From IMG/VR virus record IMGVR_UViG_3300025277_000122, positions 1 through 26,751 of that record: a stretch of 26,751 bases of DNA. One strand, written 5' to 3'. The position numbers were made by a program, and so were the translations under genes. Below the pieces are notes generated by a model. The model was given only the letters and a program-made list of their open reading frames with translations, searched no databases and was not told where the DNA came from. This document shows positions 25,128-26,751 of this stretch, piece by piece. Source of the stretch: a virus (Duplodnaviria; Caudoviricetes). Every line of letters begins with the position of its first letter. Within the stretch, counting starts at the first letter, position 1.

Positions 25128-26060
25128 TTAATCCTTTCTTTCCAGTTCATTCAATAGGTGTGTAATTACATCTATTGTCCATCCATTGCCCAGCATCTTG
25201 TATCTCTGAGTGTTGCTAACATGGTTGGTGTAACCCTCTGGCACTGTCTGTAATCGTTCGCATTCGAGGGGAGTAAGTTTTCTGTATGTGAGTCCTTCAT
25301 CAAAAGTTAAATGATTATTATGTTCCCATCCACTTGTGGTTAAAGATGGAACTTTACCATCAAGTGCTTTTAATCCACCTTTATTCCAACCACGGGGTAT
25401 CTGACGTATTTTAGGGTTTGTATTACCACTCTTGCTAAACACCAACTGTCTGCGATGTTTCTCAAAGTAGGATTTCAAATTGCCTCCCTTAAAATAATTC
25501 GCATCCAGACAGTGTGACTTATCTCGATCTGTCAGGAAGGAATCCTCAATAATATCTTTGAGTTTTATTCCTTTATCTTGTGGAAGACCATCTACCTTGA
25601 GGTTAGTCCAGTAGAGTCGGTACCTGTTCTGTGCAGAAACCAGGTTGGAGTTGATAGCTACAGGGGACACACCCAGAGCATCTGTGATTACCTCCATACT
25701 TTCCTTTTTCATTCGGACATTTTCCATCAGGAATTTCACATCAGGATTTATCTTTCTAGCTTCACCCAGTATGCGAACAGCCTCAAAGAACAGCGCTGAT
25801 CTTGGATCATCAAAGTTCAGATGCTTGCCAGAGAAACTGAATCCTTGGCACGGGCTGCCGAACATGATCAAATCAAAATGTTCTCTGACATTTACATCCC
25901 TTACATCTCCAAGGTGTATTGTATCAGGATAGTTTGCCTTGGCAACAGCTATTGCATACCTGTCTATCTCACTGGCATGGTAGGATTCCACCTCTATTCC
26001 TAGTCTGTCTAGTGCTATCTGTCCACAGGACATACCATCGAATAGGCTTAGAACTTTCAT
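25128..26060 (-). CDS. DNA (cytosine-5)-methyltransferase
   Basis: Motif I VLSLFDGMSCG, catalytic GSPCQGFS, ENV, QNRYRLYW, LTPLECERLQ, LGNGW; no cognate endonuclease adjacent. Confidence 0.93.
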   Translation of the reverse strand: MKVLSLFDGMSCGQIALDRLGIEVESYHASEIDRYAIAVAKANYPDTIHLGDVRDVNVREHFDLIMFGSPCQGFSFSGKHLNFDDPRSALFFEAVRILGEARKINPDVKFLMENVRMKKESMEVITDALGVSPVAINSNLVSAQNRYRLYWTNLKVDGLPQDKGIKLKDIIEDSFLTDRDKSHCLDANYFKGGNLKSYFEKHRRQLVFSKSGNTNPKIRQIPRGWNKGGLKALDGKVPSLTTSGWEHNNHLTFDEGLTYRKLTPLECERLQTVPEGYTNHVSNTQRYKMLGNGWTIDVITHLLNELERKD

Positions 26061-26182
26061 GGTTCCAGTTCCTCCATCCTCTTTTCCATAGCTTCCTCTG
26101 CTTCCTTCTCAGTCATACCTTCATCCAGAAATTCAAGGTATATGTTTTCTCTCTGGGCTTCTATGTGTGCTGGTCTACTCAT
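26057..26182 (-). CDS. Hypothetical 41-aa acidic protein (not in ORF track)
   Basis: MSRPAHIEAQRENIYLEFLDEG...; ATGA overlap with the MTase start. Confidence 0.5.
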   Translation of the reverse strand: MSRPAHIEAQRENIYLEFLDEGMTEKEAEEAMEKRMEELEP

Positions 26183-26369
26183 TTTTCTTCCTTTCCAATA
26201 TCTTGTCCACCTCCTGAAGGATCAGCATCACCCTCTCAGCCTGGGAGGTTGTCATCTCGTTCCCAATTTCCACAAGGTGCTGATCACCACTCTCTTTGAG
26301 TTGTGTTATGAATCTTGCTGCTGTTTTCTTTTTCATCTTCTTCTCCAGTTGTTGGTAGAACATTATCAC
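26175..26369 (-). CDS. Hypothetical protein
   Basis: 64-aa ORF; the true start is probably the internal MKKKTAAR after GGAG. Confidence 0.5.
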   Translation of the reverse strand: MIMFYQQLEKKMKKKTAARFITQLKESGDQHLVEIGNEMTTSQAERVMLILQEVDKILERKKNE

Positions 26370-26388
26370 AAATATCCAGGGGTGTCAA
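26360..26388 (-). promoter_or_regulatory. Sigma70-type promoter
   Basis: TTGACA-17 nt-TAATGT with extended TGn, at a gene junction. Confidence 0.55.
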
Positions 26389-26596
26389 CACCTGTCATAT
26401 TGCTCAGTTCCCGAATATATTTTAGCCATTCCATACGCATTGAAAGTTTAAGCGTTATCGTGGGATGACGTGTAGCTGCACGTTTTCTTATTATATTGTT
26501 TTCTGTTTCCACAATGTATCCGAATGGAATGTGTGTATATACAAGCTTATCCACTTTTTCATCACGGCACTGTGCATATCCGGTTTCGTATGTCAT
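26366..26596 (-). CDS. Hypothetical protein
   Basis: 76 aa; GAGG RBS; ATGA overlap with the upstream gene. Confidence 0.55.
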   Translation of the reverse strand: MTYETGYAQCRDEKVDKLVYTHIPFGYIVETENNIIRKRAATRHPTITLKLSMRMEWLKYIRELSNMTGVDTPGYL

Positions 26597-26751
26597 GTTC
26601 TGTTCCTCTGCTGGATTGGTTTAAGACGTAGTGCAACTGTGTGTGGTTTGTAGTCTCCTTTCTCTGCCCAGTTCAGGAATGCCGAACATTGCAGACCCTG
26701 GGTGGCACATCTATCAGCCTGTGGGCAACCCTCACAGGGGCATTCCTTTTT
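26593..26751 (-). CDS. Cys-rich hypothetical protein (5' partial)
   Basis: Open from the window edge: KKECPCEGCPQADRCATQGLQCSAFLNW...; ends in an ATGA overlap. Confidence 0.55.
   Translation of the reverse strand, partial: KKECPCEGCPQADRCATQGLQCSAFLNWAEKGDYKPHTVALRLKPIQQRNRT

Noticed and set aside
25128-26060. Restriction-modification system
   Set aside because: No adjacent restriction endonuclease; an orphan protective methyltransferase is common in phages.

Overview
A 26.7-kb segment of a lytic dsDNA podophage genome with T7-like replication genes, arranged as two convergent arms. The + arm (1-6539) ends with a very large virion/ejection-type protein, a lysis region (M15 endolysin plus a run of small membrane proteins) and an Nfu-type Fe-S carrier. 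The - arm (26751-6682) runs from small early genes, a C5 DNA methyltransferase and a SleB-like hydrolase through ThyX, primase-helicase, a DUF59/SufT protein, PolA (Tyr762 type), SSB, exonuclease and a class II RNR, to a glycosyltransferase/methyltransferase cluster, a 3-TM holin and TerS. This layout resembles SIO1/cobavirus-like (Zobellviridae) marine phages, which is an inference. Six TTGACA-17-TAnnnT sigma70 promoters drive the - arm. The most striking unannotated signal is two diverged, covarying copies of a ~125-nt tRNA-like, pseudoknotted RNA (23392-23514 and 24712-24842). One copy lies directly downstream of a 51-aa ORF resembling ribosome-rescue factor ArfA, suggesting a phage module acting on translation or ribosome rescue. 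All protein calls come from motif recognition, not database searches.
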